A stretch of DNA of 64,000 nt from Candidatus Oxydemutatoraceae bacterium (GCA_965220085.1 CBDCOZ010000003.1:352001-416000); one strand, 5' to 3'; shown: positions 1 to 10,179, counted from the first letter of the stretch. The notes: generated by a model not told the origin, from the sequence alone. Made by a program: numbers and translations.

Positions 1-304
1 ACGGGAACACTTCCCCTTTCTCGACAAAATTGCCGACTTGCCAACACAGGCTTCCTTTCGGGTGAAGCAAGTCTATCAACTTTGGGACAATCGTTTCTTG
101 CCACTCCATGTAAGATTGTAAGCGCTGTTTCTTTTCATACGCTTTGCCGACATTGTAAGGAGGCGAAGTAATGATTAACCGAAAAAAGTTTTTTGGCAAC
201 GCAACGGACAGTTTGAGAATATCTCCCGTTGCAATGACATTGCTCTTTTTGTCAAAGCGGCTGGATAAAGCGATGTCTTTTTTCAAAAGTCTTTTCTGAC
301 ACAT
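1..304 (-). CDS. N4/N6 DNA methyltransferase (beta class), 5' part; runs off the window start
   Basis: Manual translation from ATG at 304 (a TTG near 286 is also possible): ...NVIATGDILKLSVALPKNFFRLIITSPPYNVGKAYEKKQRLQSYMEWQETIVPKLIDLLHPKGSLCWQVGNFVEKGEVFP; catalytic SPPY motif near the N-terminus. Not in the ORF track. Confidence 0.85.
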   Translation of the reverse strand, partial: MCQKRLLKKDIALSSRFDKKSNVIATGDILKLSVALPKNFFRLIITSPPYNVGKAYEKKQRLQSYMEWQETIVPKLIDLLHPKGSLCWQVGNFVEKGEVFP

Positions 305-325
305 AGCATCGTCGGCAAATCTAAA

Positions 326-401
326 TGGTGGAGCCGAGGGGAGTCGAACCCCTGACCTCGACATTGCGAACGTCGCGCTCTCCCAACTGAGCTACGGCCC
401 C
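326..401 (-). tRNA. tRNA-Ala (CGC)
   Basis: Reverse complement GGGGCCGTAGCTCAGTTGGGAGAGCGCGACGTTCGCAATGTCGAGGTCAGGGGTTCGACTCCCCTCGGCTCCACCA; 76 nt cloverleaf, G3:U70 pair, CCA end. Confidence 0.97.
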
Positions 402-528
402 TTTGCCCGTGTTGCGCCAAATAACGCGCCTTTGCCGGTACGGTTAAGCGCATATGATACACCGCATTGCGCCATTTTGTCGGCATAGCGGCAAGCGCTG
501 AGACTATTTTCCTATATAATCCGAACAA

Positions 529-1479
529 ATGCGCACCTTATATCCGCCAATAGAACCGTATAACACCCTTTCTCTGTCGGTTGACGCGCGGCACACCCTG
601 TATGTCGAAGAGAGCGGCGACCCCGACGGTTTGCCCTTCGTCTTCTTGCACGGCGGCCCGGGCGCGGGCTGCGAGGCGCATCACCGCCGGCTTTTCAATC
701 CCGATGTCTGCCGCATTGTCTTGTTTGATCAGCGCGGCTGCGGCCGCTCAACGCCGTTTGCGGATCTCACCGACAATACGACGCAACACCTCGTTGCCGA
801 CATGGAAGCGATACGCGAGTCTCTGGGCATAGAGTCGTGGATTGTCTTCGGCGGGTCGTGGGGTTCTGCTCTGGCTCTTGCGTATGCGCAAACGCACCCC
901 GAACGTTGTCTCGGGCTGATAGTTCGCGGGGTATTTTTGTGTCGGCAACGCGACATCCGATGGTTCTATCAGGACGGCGCGCGGTTTTTGTTTCCCGATT
1001 TGTGGGAAGACTTTGCCGCCCTGATTCCGCAAGACGAGCGCGATGACATGGTCGCCGCCTTTTATCGCCGTCTCACCGGCGACGATGCGGATGTTCGCCG
1101 GCGGGCGGCGCTGGCGTGGTCAATCTGGGAAGGGAAAACCGCGACATTGCTGCCAAACGCTGCGGTGATTGCGTTCTTTTCCGACCCGCGGGTTGCGATG
1201 AGTCTGGCGCGGATTGAATGCCACTTCTTTCACAATCAGATTTTCCTGCGCGACGGGCAACTGCTCGATGATGCGGAGCGGCTGTCCGATATTCCGGGCA
1301 TTATCATACACGGGCGCTACGATGTCGTGTGCCCGCCCGAGCAGGCGTATTTGCTGCACCAAAGGTGGCCCCGAAGCGAGTTGCACATTGTCGCCGCCGC
1401 GGGGCATGCGGCATTTGAGCCCGGCATCATCCATCACTTGGTGGATGCGACCGATGATATGGCGGAGCGTTACACGTAA
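529..1479 (+). CDS. pip: Proline iminopeptidase
   Basis: HGGPG, FDQRGCGRS, GGSWG nucleophile, GRYD and AGH catalytic motifs. Confidence 0.96.
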   Translation: MRTLYPPIEPYNTLSLSVDARHTLYVEESGDPDGLPFVFLHGGPGAGCEAHHRRLFNPDVCRIVLFDQRGCGRSTPFADLTDNTTQHLVADMEAIRESLGIESWIVFGGSWGSALALAYAQTHPERCLGLIVRGVFLCRQRDIRWFYQDGARFLFPDLWEDFAALIPQDERDDMVAAFYRRLTGDDADVRRRAALAWSIWEGKTATLLPNAAVIAFFSDPRVAMSLARIECHFFHNQIFLRDGQLLDDAERLSDIPGIIIHGRYDVVCPPEQAYLLHQRWPRSELHIVAAAGHAAFEPGIIHHLVDATDDMAERYT

Positions 1480-2282
1480 AGATGATCGCATTGCTGCAAC
1501 GGGCGCTGCATGCAAAGGTGCGCGCGGAGGATGAAACCATCGCAGCGATCGGCGCCGGCTTGCTCGCATACATCGCGGGGCATGCGGCATTTGAGCCCGG
1601 CATCATCCATCACTTGGTGGATGCGACCGATGATATGGCGGAGCGTTACACGCAAAGATGATCGCATTGCTGCAACGGGCGCTGCATGCAAAGGTGCGCG
1701 CGGAGGATGAAACCATCGCAGCGATCGGCGCCGGCTTGCTCGCATACATCGCGGGGCATGCGGCATTTGAGCCCGGCATCATCCGCCATCTGGCGGATGC
1801 GACCGATGATATGGCGGAGCGTTACACGTAAAGATGATCGCATTGCTGCAACGGGCGCTGCATGCAAAGGTGCGCGCGGAGGATGAAACCATCGCAGCGA
1901 TCGGCGCCGGCTTGCTCGCATACATCGCGGGGCATGCGGCATTTGAGCCCGGCATCATCCGCCATCTGGCGGATGCGACCGATGATATGGCGGAGCGTTA
2001 CGCGTAACGATGATCGCATTGCTGCAACGGGCGCTGCATGCAAAAGCGCGCGCGGAGGAGGAAACCATCGCAACGATCGGCGCCGGCTTGCTCGCATACA
2101 TCGCGGGGCATGCGGCATTTGAGCCCGGCATCATCCGCCATCTGGCGGATGCGACCGATGATATGGCAGAGCGTTACGCGCAAAGATGATCGCATTGCTG
2201 CAACGGGTGCTGCATGCAAAAGTGCGCGCGGAGGAGGAAACCATCGCAACAATCGGCGCCGGCTTGCTCGCATACATCGCGG
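1398..2282 (+). repeat. Tandem array, 5 x 176 bp; unit = last ~80 nt of pip + first ~95 nt of dtd
   Basis: dtd-type ATGATCGCATTG recurs at 1482, 1658, 1834, 2010, 2186; junction microhomology CGCGG(G/T)GCA at 1398 and 2278. Confidence 0.97.
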
Positions 2283-2623
2283 TGCAACCCGACGATGATG
2301 CGCGCGCCGCAAACCGTCTCGCCGAGCGGATCGTCGCTTACCGCATATTCGCCGATGCCGCCGGCAAAGCAAACCTCAGTGTCGGCGACAGCGGCGGGGA
2401 GATACTGCTCGTTTCTCAGTTTACGCTGGCGGCGGACACCCGCAAAGGGCTGCGCCCGAGTTTCTCCGCCGCCGCCCCTCCCGAATACGCCCGCGAAATG
2501 TTTGACATATTCGCAGCACAAGTGCGGGCGCGTCATGCAAAGGTAGCGCGCGGGCGGTTTCAAGCGCACATGCGGGTCGAATCGGTCAACGACGGGCCGA
2601 CAAATTTCCTCTTATCCGCATGA
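2186..2623 (+). CDS. dtd: D-aminoacyl-tRNA deacylase
   Basis: MIALLQRV start, SQFTL motif, RPSF, NDGP. Confidence 0.95.
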   Translation: MIALLQRVLHAKVRAEEETIATIGAGLLAYIAVQPDDDARAANRLAERIVAYRIFADAAGKANLSVGDSGGEILLVSQFTLAADTRKGLRPSFSAAAPPEYAREMFDIFAAQVRARHAKVARGRFQAHMRVESVNDGPTNFLLSA

Positions 2624-2711
2624 TGGCGCAAGGGCATAACCGCGCTTTCGCGCAGAGGGCGGCAACGAATGCCGATTTCCGTATAATAACCGTTCGTTTA
2701 CCCGAAGCAAT

Positions 2712-3305
2712 ATGAATGCCCGCAGCGCCAGCATCAGCCGCCACACATCCGAGACGCAGATAGATATCCGGCTCGGTCTGGACAAACCCGGCGCATGCCG
2801 CATTGAAATCGGCATTCCCTTTCTGCAGCACATGCTCGAGCAAGTCTGCAAACACGGTTGCTTTGACATGGAGATCAAAGCGCAAGGCGATCTGGAAGTC
2901 GATTTTCACCATACGGTCGAAGATGTCGGCATTGCGCTTGGCCAATGCTTTGCCAAGGCGCTGGGCGACAAGAAAGGCATCAGGCGTTACGGCTCGGCCT
3001 ATGTGCCGCTGGACGAAGCCCTGTCCCGCGTGGTGATAGATTTTTCCGGGCGTCCGGGTTTGCAATACCACGTGAATTACCCGCGCGTGCGCATCGGCAA
3101 TTTTGATGTGGACCTCATCGGCGAATTTTTTCACGGCTTCGTCAATCACTCGCAGACCACCCTGCACATCGATTGTTTGCGCGGGGCAAACAGCCACCAC
3201 ATCGCGGAGACGGTGTTCAAAGCCTTTGGCAGGGCGTGTCGCATGGCGGTGGAGATGGACCCGATGATGGGAGATGCAACCCCTTCGACCAAAGGAACTC
3301 TCTGA
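2712..3305 (+). CDS. hisB: Imidazoleglycerol-phosphate dehydratase
   Basis: [16 protein letters not shown] and PSTKG motifs. Confidence 0.97.
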   Translation: MNARSASISRHTSETQIDIRLGLDKPGACRIEIGIPFLQHMLEQVCKHGCFDMEIKAQGDLEVDFHHTVEDVGIALGQCFAKALGDKKGIRRYGSAYVPLDEALSRVVIDFSGRPGLQYHVNYPRVRIGNFDVDLIGEFFHGFVNHSQTTLHIDCLRGANSHHIAETVFKAFGRACRMAVEMDPMMGDATPSTKGTL

Positions 3306-3334
3306 TAGAACCGGTCTTCATCGGCCTGTCTGAA

Positions 3335-3994
3335 ATGGTAGAAACAATCGCACTGGTTGACTACGGCATGGGCAACCTCAACTCGGTTGAACAGGCGTTG
3401 CGTCACGTCTGCGGCGGCAATCGGCGCGTGGTCATCGCCACCGCCGCCGAGACGATTCGCGACGCCGACAAGGTCGTATTTCCGGGACAAGGCGCTGCCG
3501 GCGCATCGATGCGGGAAATTACCGCAAAAGGTCTCGGCCCCGCTCTGGTCGCCGCCTCGCGCGAGAAACCGTTTCTGGGCATCTGCATGGGCTTGCAAAT
3601 ACTGATGACGCACAGCGAAGAGAACGACGGGGTGTCGTGTCTTGACATCTTTGCCGGCGAAGTCACGCGCCTGAATACGGGAGGCGCCGCAAAACCCGGC
3701 CACAAAATCCCGCACATGGGTTGGAACCGGGTGCGACAAGCAAAGGCACACCCGTTGTGGGAGCGGATAGATGACGATGCGTTTTTCTATTTTGCGCACA
3801 GCTACCGCACCCGCCCCGACAAAGACGACGTCATTGCCGCGACCAGCGAATACGGCGGCAAGTTTGCGTGCGCATTAGCGCGCGATTTTGTTTTTGCGGC
3901 ACAGTTTCACCCCGAGAAAAGCGCCGCCGCGGGATTGCGCTTGCTCAAAAACTTCGCTTTTTGGAATGGAAGCGGGCAAACACAAGGTTCCTGA
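3335..3994 (+). CDS. hisH: Imidazole glycerol phosphate synthase, glutaminase subunit
   Basis: DYGMGNL, PGQG, GICMG, PHMGWN, QFHPEKS; start taken at ATG 3335 (MVETIALVD). Confidence 0.96.
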   Translation: MVETIALVDYGMGNLNSVEQALRHVCGGNRRVVIATAAETIRDADKVVFPGQGAAGASMREITAKGLGPALVAASREKPFLGICMGLQILMTHSEENDGVSCLDIFAGEVTRLNTGGAAKPGHKIPHMGWNRVRQAKAHPLWERIDDDAFFYFAHSYRTRPDKDDVIAATSEYGGKFACALARDFVFAAQFHPEKSAAAGLRLLKNFAFWNGSGQTQGS

Positions 3995-4301
3995 ACGGCG
4001 GGGAGAATCCGACATGAGCGGGAATACGGCATCGTCCGAGCGCTATCAGAATCCCCGCCGGCTGCGGGCAATCTCCCGATTTTTGGCGGCAAACGGCGTT
4101 AAAAGGCGGATAAATGCCGCTTTGAAGCGCTCGGCCCTGCGGGAGGAAGTCGGGTTTTGCCCCGACAAGGCCGTTGCCGTCCCCCTTTTTAGCGGCATGA
4201 TTTCTCAATTTAAGGTAAGATTGCGTACTTGAGTATATAGTCATGGCTATATTTGCTGTTACAAACTCCGATAATTCTCCGGACAATCCGCAGAGATTCT
4301 T

Positions 4302-5045
4302 GTGCTTTTAATCCCCGCAATAGATTTGCAAAACAACAAATGTGTGCGCCTGAAGCAAGGTCGCTTCGGCGATACGACTGTGTTTTCCGAAGACCCGGTC
4401 AGCGTTGCGGCGAAGTGGCGCGAGCTCGGCGCCAAGCGTCTGCACATCATCGACCTGGACGGCGCCAAGAAGGGCGAGCCGCAGCACTACCGCATGGTCG
4501 AGCAAATTGCAAAACAGACGCAAGGGTTGCCGATTCAAGTCGGCGGCGGCATTCGCACGATGGATGCCATTCAGCAATATCTCGACTGCGGCGCGCAATA
4601 CGTGATTCTCGGCACCAGCGCGGCGAGCCAACCGCACTTTGTCAAAGAAGCGTGTCTTGAATTTCAAGGGCACATTATCATCGGCCTTGATGTCAAGGAC
4701 GGCAAGGTCGCGACCGACGGCTGGTCGAAGCTGTCCCAGCACGACCCGACCGATTTGATGCAACACTTTGAAACCGACGGCATCAGCGCCGTGTTGCACA
4801 CCGATATCAAGCGCGACGGGATGCTGTGCGGCCCGAACTTTCAAAGCTCGGCCGCGCTGGCCGGCGAATTGCGCGTGCCGATGATTATCGCCGGCGGCTT
4901 TGCCACGCTGGATGATATTCGGCGCCTGTGCGAGATAGAGGAGGAAAGGCTTCAGGCCGCCGTTCTGGGGCGCGCCTTATACGAAGGGACGATTGACTTT
5001 AGCGAAGCGCTAAAGCTCGTTGAGCGGATGCGCCCCGGCGGGTAA
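4302..5045 (+). CDS. hisA: ProFAR isomerase
   Basis: IPAIDL, VRLKQG, LHIIDLDGA, QVGGGIR, TDIKRDG. Confidence 0.96.
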   Translation: MLLIPAIDLQNNKCVRLKQGRFGDTTVFSEDPVSVAAKWRELGAKRLHIIDLDGAKKGEPQHYRMVEQIAKQTQGLPIQVGGGIRTMDAIQQYLDCGAQYVILGTSAASQPHFVKEACLEFQGHIIIGLDVKDGKVATDGWSKLSQHDPTDLMQHFETDGISAVLHTDIKRDGMLCGPNFQSSAALAGELRVPMIIAGGFATLDDIRRLCEIEEERLQAAVLGRALYEGTIDFSEALKLVERMRPGG

Positions 5046-5822
5046 ATGGCTCTTGCGAACCGCATCATCCCCTGTCTGGATGTCGACCGCGGGCGGGTTG
5101 TCAAAGGCATTCGATTTGAAAACATCGCCGATGCCGGCGATCCGGTTGAAGTCGCCAAGCGGTATAACGAAGAGGGCGCCGACGAGATCACATTTCTGGA
5201 CATCACCGCAAGCTCCGACGAGCGCGACATCCTGCCGCATCTGGTCAGGCACGTTGCGGCGGAGGTGTTCATTCCGATGACCGTCGGCGGCGGGGTGCGC
5301 AGCGCCGAGGACATTTGCCGCTTGCACCGCGCGGGCGCCGACAAAGTAGCCATCAACACCGCGGCGGTGAAGCGGCCGGATTTGATCAAGCAAGCGGCGG
5401 ATGCGGTCGGGTCGCAGTGTGTCGTCGTTGCGATCGATGCGCGCCAGCGCGAAGGCGAGGCCAAGTGGAATGTCTATACGCACGGCGGGCGCACCCCGCA
5501 TAATCTGGACGCCGTTGAATGGGCGCAACAAGCGCAGGAATATGGCGCCGGCGAGATTTTGCTGACCAGCATGGACCGCGACGGCACCAAGCTGGGGTTT
5601 GACCTTGCGCTGACCCGTCGTGTCAGCGAGAGTGTCGGCATACCGGTCATCGCCTCCGGCGGCGTCGGCGAGCTCGGTCATCTGGCCGCGGGCATCACCC
5701 AAGGGCTCGCCGATGCGGTGCTCGCCGCGAGCATATTTCATTTCCGCGAATACACCATCCGCGAAGCCAAGCGGCACATGCGGGAGAAGGGCATCAATGT
5801 CCGGCTTGAAGCCGCCTGCTGA
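5046..5822 (+). CDS. hisF: Imidazole glycerol phosphate synthase, cyclase subunit
   Basis: [33 protein letters not shown]. Confidence 0.97.
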   Translation: MALANRIIPCLDVDRGRVVKGIRFENIADAGDPVEVAKRYNEEGADEITFLDITASSDERDILPHLVRHVAAEVFIPMTVGGGVRSAEDICRLHRAGADKVAINTAAVKRPDLIKQAADAVGSQCVVVAIDARQREGEAKWNVYTHGGRTPHNLDAVEWAQQAQEYGAGEILLTSMDRDGTKLGFDLALTRRVSESVGIPVIASGGVGELGHLAAGITQGLADAVLAASIFHFREYTIREAKRHMREKGINVRLEAAC

Positions 5823-5885
5823 TGTCGCGTCTTGGCAGATTGAAGCGAATGATATATTGTGCAAATATGCTTTACACTTGTTGCG

Positions 5886-6224
5886 ATGGATAAGACAGAT
5901 TCAAACCCCGATGTGCTGCTTCGCCTTGAGAACATTCTCAAGCAACGCAAGCAAGCCTCCGCCGAAACCTCCTATGTCGCATCGCTCTATCAAGGCGAGC
6001 ACCCCGCGATGGCAGAGAAGATTACCGAGGAGGCCGCCGAACTGATAGAGGCGGCGTTGTCCGACGACAAGGCGCATACGGTGCGTGAAGCGGCTGATTT
6101 GTTGTTTCATTGTCAGGTGCTCCTCGCGTATAAAGGCATTTCAATCAACGCAGTGCTGAATGAGTTGGAACGCCGCATAGGCGTGTCCGGACACGATGAG
6201 AAACGCCGCCGCAGCGAGCGATAG
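5886..6224 (+). CDS. hisE: Phosphoribosyl-ATP pyrophosphatase
   Basis: SYVASL, KITEEAAE, EAADLLFH; standalone HisE with no adjacent hisI. Confidence 0.93.
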   Translation: MDKTDSNPDVLLRLENILKQRKQASAETSYVASLYQGEHPAMAEKITEEAAELIEAALSDDKAHTVREAADLLFHCQVLLAYKGISINAVLNELERRIGVSGHDEKRRRSER

Positions 6225-6293
6225 GGCGAGGGGATAAGCAAAAGTGGTAACATATAGCGCAATGCGGAACGATACGCCGCGAGGAGATTTTCT

Positions 6294-6485
6294 ATGACTT
6301 GGGGACCTTTACAGATTCTGTTAATTTTGCTAATCGTCATTCTTTTGTTTGGCACCAAAAAACTTCGCAGCCTGGGTTCGGATTTGGGAGGCGCGATAAA
6401 GAGCTTCAAAAAATCCATGAGCGACGAAGAAAAGAAGCCGGCCAGTCTTGATTCAAAAGGAGAGAATACTTCCGACAAGAAGTAG
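6294..6485 (+). CDS. tatA: Twin-arginine translocase TatA
   Basis: TM helix then [22 protein letters not shown]; GAGGAG RBS. Confidence 0.95.
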   Translation: MTWGPLQILLILLIVILLFGTKKLRSLGSDLGGAIKSFKKSMSDEEKKPASLDSKGENTSDKK

Positions 6486-6495
6486 TCGATAGCCA

Positions 6496-6867
6496 ATGTC
6501 TGATTTTGGCTTCTGGGAATTAACCCTGATTGCGCTCATCGCGTTGCTGGTTGTCGGGCCGGCGCGCTTGCCGCAACTGGCGCAGACCGCCGGTTACTGG
6601 ATGCGCAGACTGAGACAGATGGCGATGGTCTTCAAAAGCGAATTCATGTATGAGGCGGACAAGTCCGGAGTAAACAAAATTCTTGGCGACACCCGCGATG
6701 CCGTGCGCGATGCCGAGAGAGAGATCGGACACCTAGACCCCCTCGCCAAAGCGATAGACGAGCAAATCGAATCCGGCCGCTTTGAGAAAGACCGCGCGGC
6801 AGAAGGGGACAAACGGGAAAATTCTGATGCGCCGCAAGCAACAACAGACAAGCCCAAACAACGATGA
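6496..6867 (+). CDS. tatB: Twin-arginine translocase TatB
   Basis: DFGFWEL...LVVGPARLP. Confidence 0.93.
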   Translation: MSDFGFWELTLIALIALLVVGPARLPQLAQTAGYWMRRLRQMAMVFKSEFMYEADKSGVNKILGDTRDAVRDAEREIGHLDPLAKAIDEQIESGRFEKDRAAEGDKRENSDAPQATTDKPKQR

Positions 6868-7606
6868 CACCGACCAATCTCTGGTTTCGCACCTGATTGA
6901 GTTACGCAGCCGGCTGCTCAAAATCATACTGTCGGTCGCGGTCGTCTTTATCGTCCTGTTTCCGTTTGCCAACCCAATTTATGAGACCCTGTCGGCGCCG
7001 TTGCTCGAGCGCTTGCCGCAGGGCAGTTCGATGGTCGCGATAGATGTCGCCTCGCCGTTTCTGACCCCGTTCAAGATGGTGATATTGCTCGCGCTGGCGC
7101 TTGCGGTGCCGGTTATTTTCTATCACCTGTGGGCGTTTGTATCGCCCGGGCTCTACCACAACGAGCGGCGGCTCGCCTTTCCGCTGTTGGCGCTGAGCGC
7201 CGTGCTTTTTTATGCCGGCATGGCGTTCGCTTATTTTGTCGCCTTCCCGCTGATGTTCGCCTTTTTCAACGCGGTGGCGCCGGACAATGTGACGGTGATG
7301 ACCGACATCGGACGCTATCTGGATTTTGTCGTCAAAATTTTCTTTGCCTTCGGGCTGGCGTTTGAAGTTCCCATCGTCACCCTGTTGCTCGTCATGAGCG
7401 GCGCGACCACGCCCGAATCGCTGGCGCGCAAGCGTCCGTATATCATCGTCGGCGCGTTTTTTATCGGCATGGTCCTGACTCCGCCCGATGTCCTCTCACA
7501 AATCCTGCTGGCAGTGCCGGTGTGGTTGCTGTTTGAGACAGGGTTGCTGATTTCGCGCGTGATAGCGAAGAACAAACAAGATGCCCAAGCGTCGGCGCAG
7601 GAGTAA
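6827..7606 (+). CDS. tatC: Twin-arginine translocase TatC
   Basis: SHLIELRSRL, AFVSPGLY, FGLAFEVP, LTPPD; start uncertain (ATG 6827 overlaps tatB). Confidence 0.95.
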   Translation: MRRKQQQTSPNNDDTDQSLVSHLIELRSRLLKIILSVAVVFIVLFPFANPIYETLSAPLLERLPQGSSMVAIDVASPFLTPFKMVILLALALAVPVIFYHLWAFVSPGLYHNERRLAFPLLALSAVLFYAGMAFAYFVAFPLMFAFFNAVAPDNVTVMTDIGRYLDFVVKIFFAFGLAFEVPIVTLLLVMSGATTPESLARKRPYIIVGAFFIGMVLTPPDVLSQILLAVPVWLLFETGLLISRVIAKNKQDAQASAQE

Positions 7607-7617
7607 GCCGCGGCTAT

Positions 7618-7794
7618 GGACTCCCGGCACCAGCGCGAGTTGTCATGAGCAATGCCAGAAACATTGCGGACACCCGGCACCAACACGAGTTGTCATGAAT
7701 CATGCCGGAAACATTGCGGACACCCGGCACCAGCGCGAGTTGTCATGAATCATGCCGGAGACATTGCGGGACACCCGGCTCCGGCACGAGTTGT
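7618..7794 (+). repeat. Tandem array, ~3.5 x 50 bp, built from a degenerate IS left end
   Basis: CCCGGC at 7623, 7673, 7723, 7774; AATGCCAGAAACATT (7651-7665) is identical to IS left-end sequence 10185-10199. Confidence 0.85.
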
Positions 7795-7876
7795 TGCAAT
7801 ATCAACACCTCAGCCGCTCATCACGCTATGCGTGGCGGCACAAATATCCGTGCGATGGCATGAACGGCTTAACCGG
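7641..7876 (+). mobile_element. Degenerate left-half remnant of the IS481-like element
   Basis: Colinear matches to the intact IS: left end, TGCAATATCAACAC (cf. 10236), and CGCTATGCGTGGCGG..ATGGCATGAACGGCTTAA (cf. ~10408-10458). Confidence 0.75.
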
Positions 7877-7903
7877 CGCTGTCCCCCGCGCCGCCCGCCG
7901 CCT

Positions 7904-7975
7904 CTGCGCCTGCGCCTTTTCCTTCAAGACCCTTGCAATAATGCGAGTATCCTGCGGCGGAGAAGGGGAGTATTG
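7904..7975 (+). pseudogene. Relic 3' end of a fifth LRLRLFLEG-tailed surface protein gene
   Basis: CTGCGCCTGCGCCTTTTCCTTCAAGAC (LRLRLFLQD) followed by GCGAGTATCCTGCGGCGGAGAAGGGGAGTATT, matching 10066-10137. Confidence 0.8.
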
Positions 7976-8014
7976 TGAGGTCACACAAGGGGTTGAGACA
8001 GGCTACAAAAAGGA

Positions 8015-8196
8015 GCTTGCAAATGATTTGCTTTATGGTATAGTGCGACATTCCTTGTAAATTGCGTTTGCTAAACACAGGAGGTACTGGTATTTGCAAA
8101 TGACTCGCACTTTGTGATAGAACACGGTGCTAAGAGTATGGCGCTCATTGAACAACTGTGTTCGCGAGGTGCGGATTAGACATCGGGAGTAAAACC
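8015..8196 (+). promoter_or_regulatory. Upstream regulatory region of surface protein 1; near-identical copy at 11264-11445
   Basis: ~180 bp direct repeat at offset 3249; sigma70-like TTGCAA-N16-TATAGT; GGGAG RBS before ATG 8197. Confidence 0.7.
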
Positions 8197-10104
8197 ATGA
8201 AAATAATGAAACATATGAAACGACAAATTTTTAATACCATGCCCCCCTCCCCCCCCCCCCCCCCCCCCCGCTATATAAATAAGGGGATTGCGGTCGCTTG
8301 GCTGTATCGCCTCGCCGCCCGCTTTCTGAAAGTACTCCGCTCCTTCCCCCGCTGGCGGGCAACGATGATGCGGCGTAGCCTCCGGTTGTTGGTCCTGTGT
8401 CTGGCATTGGGCGCGACACAGGCCAACGCTCAAGCCGCGGACACCAGCGTTAATATTGTCCTTGGCAACGGCGATTATACTTTTCTACCGACCGACTTCC
8501 CCGGCTTCACAGGCAGCGCCGCCCTGTACATTGATAGCTTGCCTGAGCGTGGCACCCTTTTCTTTGAGTTTAACGGCGTTCCCGACAGTCTCGTCGGCAA
8601 GACCGGTCGTGATAACCTTGATGCTCAGTCATTCTTCCCATCGGATTTTTTATCTGCCAGTTCCCACAGGCTCAAATACACCCCGCCAACTGGCGTCATC
8701 TCTTCTGCCACCGTTGCCAGTTTTGACTTCACTATTGAAGCATCAGGTGTTGTTACCACCGCCACCATGACCATCAACTTGGTGGGGGCATTCGTTGATG
8801 TTGACTTTGGCGGCGGCGCTTATACTTTTCTACCGACCGACTTCCCCGGCTTCACAGGCAGCGCCGTCCTGTACATTGATAGCTTGCCTGAGCGTGGCAC
8901 CCTTTTCTTTGAGTTTAACGGCGTTCCCGACAGTCTCGTCGGCAAGACCGGTCGTGATAACCTTGATGCTCAGTCATTCTTCCCATCGGATTTTTTATCT
9001 GCCAGTTCCCACAGGCTCAAATACACCCCGCCAACTGATGTCATCTCTGTCACGACTACCAGTTTTGACTTCAGTATTGAAGCATCAAGTGTTGTTACCA
9101 CCGCCACCATGACCATCAATCTGGTGGGAGCATCCACGCAGATGGCCGCCAGCGGTGCGCCCACGGTAGATGCCGCCATGGGCACAGCCTATAACACCAA
9201 TGTGCCGCTGACCGCATCCATCACCGGTGTGACGGAGCGCAACGGCATCAATGTAAGCACCCTAGTCTGGAAGTGGCAACAGGCCGACGCCCCCGCCAGC
9301 GGCGCCCCTGCAACCAGTGCTTACAGCGACATAGCGGGTGCTACGGCAACTGGTGTTACTTCCTCCGACTTCACGCCGCTTGCCGCACAGGCGGGCAAGT
9401 ACCTGCGGGTTTGCGCTTCGTTCATGGATCAGTTCTCAACCCCCGCATCGGGCGAGCGATGCAGTGCCGGCAGTTTGGTAGCCAATGCGCCTTTCTTTGG
9501 CGATGCATCAGTGGATGACCAGTTCTGGGTGCTTGGCACCGCACTCAATCTGGTATTGCCCGAGGCCACAGGCGGCAATGGCGCTATCACCTACAGCCTG
9601 ACTCCCTTGACACTACCCACGGGAATCAGTTTCACCGCCTCATCCCGCATCCTCAGCGGTACGCCTACGGCGGCAAAGGTGGCGGCCACCTATACTTACA
9701 CCGCCACCGACACCGACGGCGATACGGCTACGCTGACCTTCCGCATAGAGACGGGCGCGGATGCGGCGCCGGCTTTTGCCGCCAATGCCGCCAATGCCGC
9801 CATCGCCGAACAGACTTGGCTTACCGGCACCGCCATAACCGACCTGACCCTGCCTGCGGCTACCGGCGGCAATGGTGCGCTGACCTATGCCCTGACCCCG
9901 GAACTGCCTGAGGGCCTGAGTCTGGATCCCGCCACCCGCACCATCAGCGGTATCCCCACGGCGGCGCCGCAGAGCAACTATACCTGGACAGTAGCGGATG
10001 CCGACAACAACACTGCAAGCGGCGATACGGCCAGCCTGACCTTCAGCGTCATCTCAAATCTGCGCTTGCGCTTGCGCCTCTTTCTTGAGGGGTCGTTGCG
10101 ATAG
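8197..10104 (+). CDS. Secreted Ig/cadherin-like surface protein 1 with LRLRLRLFLEGSLR tail
   Basis: Signal peptide ending ATQANA-Q; duplicated 115 aa N-terminal domain; two putative-Ig (He_PIG-like) repeats LP.ATGGNGA.TY.LTP.LP.G.S....R..SG.PT; C21 tract at 8249-8269 in frame. Confidence 0.85.
   Translation: MKIMKHMKRQIFNTMPPSPPPPPPRYINKGIAVAWLYRLAARFLKVLRSFPRWRATMMRRSLRLLVLCLALGATQANAQAADTSVNIVLGNGDYTFLPTDFPGFTGSAALYIDSLPERGTLFFEFNGVPDSLVGKTGRDNLDAQSFFPSDFLSASSHRLKYTPPTGVISSATVASFDFTIEASGVVTTATMTINLVGAFVDVDFGGGAYTFLPTDFPGFTGSAVLYIDSLPERGTLFFEFNGVPDSLVGKTGRDNLDAQSFFPSDFLSASSHRLKYTPPTDVISVTTTSFDFSIEASSVVTTATMTINLVGASTQMAASGAPTVDAAMGTAYNTNVPLTASITGVTERNGINVSTLVWKWQQADAPASGAPATSAYSDIAGATATGVTSSDFTPLAAQAGKYLRVCASFMDQFSTPASGERCSAGSLVANAPFFGDASVDDQFWVLGTALNLVLPEATGGNGAITYSLTPLTLPTGISFTASSRILSGTPTAAKVAATYTYTATDTDGDTATLTFRIETGADAAPAFAANAANAAIAEQTWLTGTAITDLTLPAATGGNGALTYALTPELPEGLSLDPATRTISGIPTAAPQSNYTWTVADADNNTASGDTASLTFSVISNLRLRLRLFLEGSLR
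8476..9130 (+). repeat. Intragenic tandem duplication, 2 x 345 bp, near-identical
   Basis: TATACTTTTCTACCGACCGAC at 8476 and 8821; YTFLPTDFPGF...TTATMTINLVGA occurs twice. Confidence 0.95.
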
Positions 10105-10179
10105 CGCGAGTAACCTGCGGCGGAGCAGGGGAGTATTACGGGGCGCAGACAAGGGGAGCGAGGCAGGATATACAGGCGC

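Noticed and set aside
1470-2372. Repeated 66-124 aa ORFs listed in the track over the 176 bp array
   Set aside because: Alternative-frame or antisense readings of the repeat; only the Dtd-Pip frame uses a native start.
3995-4301. ~300 bp gap between hisH and hisA with an inverted repeat (CGGCGGGGA..TCCCCGCCG)
   Set aside because: No convincing ORF, RNA family or second copy seen; too little to call.
5823-5885. hisI missing between hisF and hisE
   Set aside because: hisI is often located elsewhere; cannot be judged from one window.
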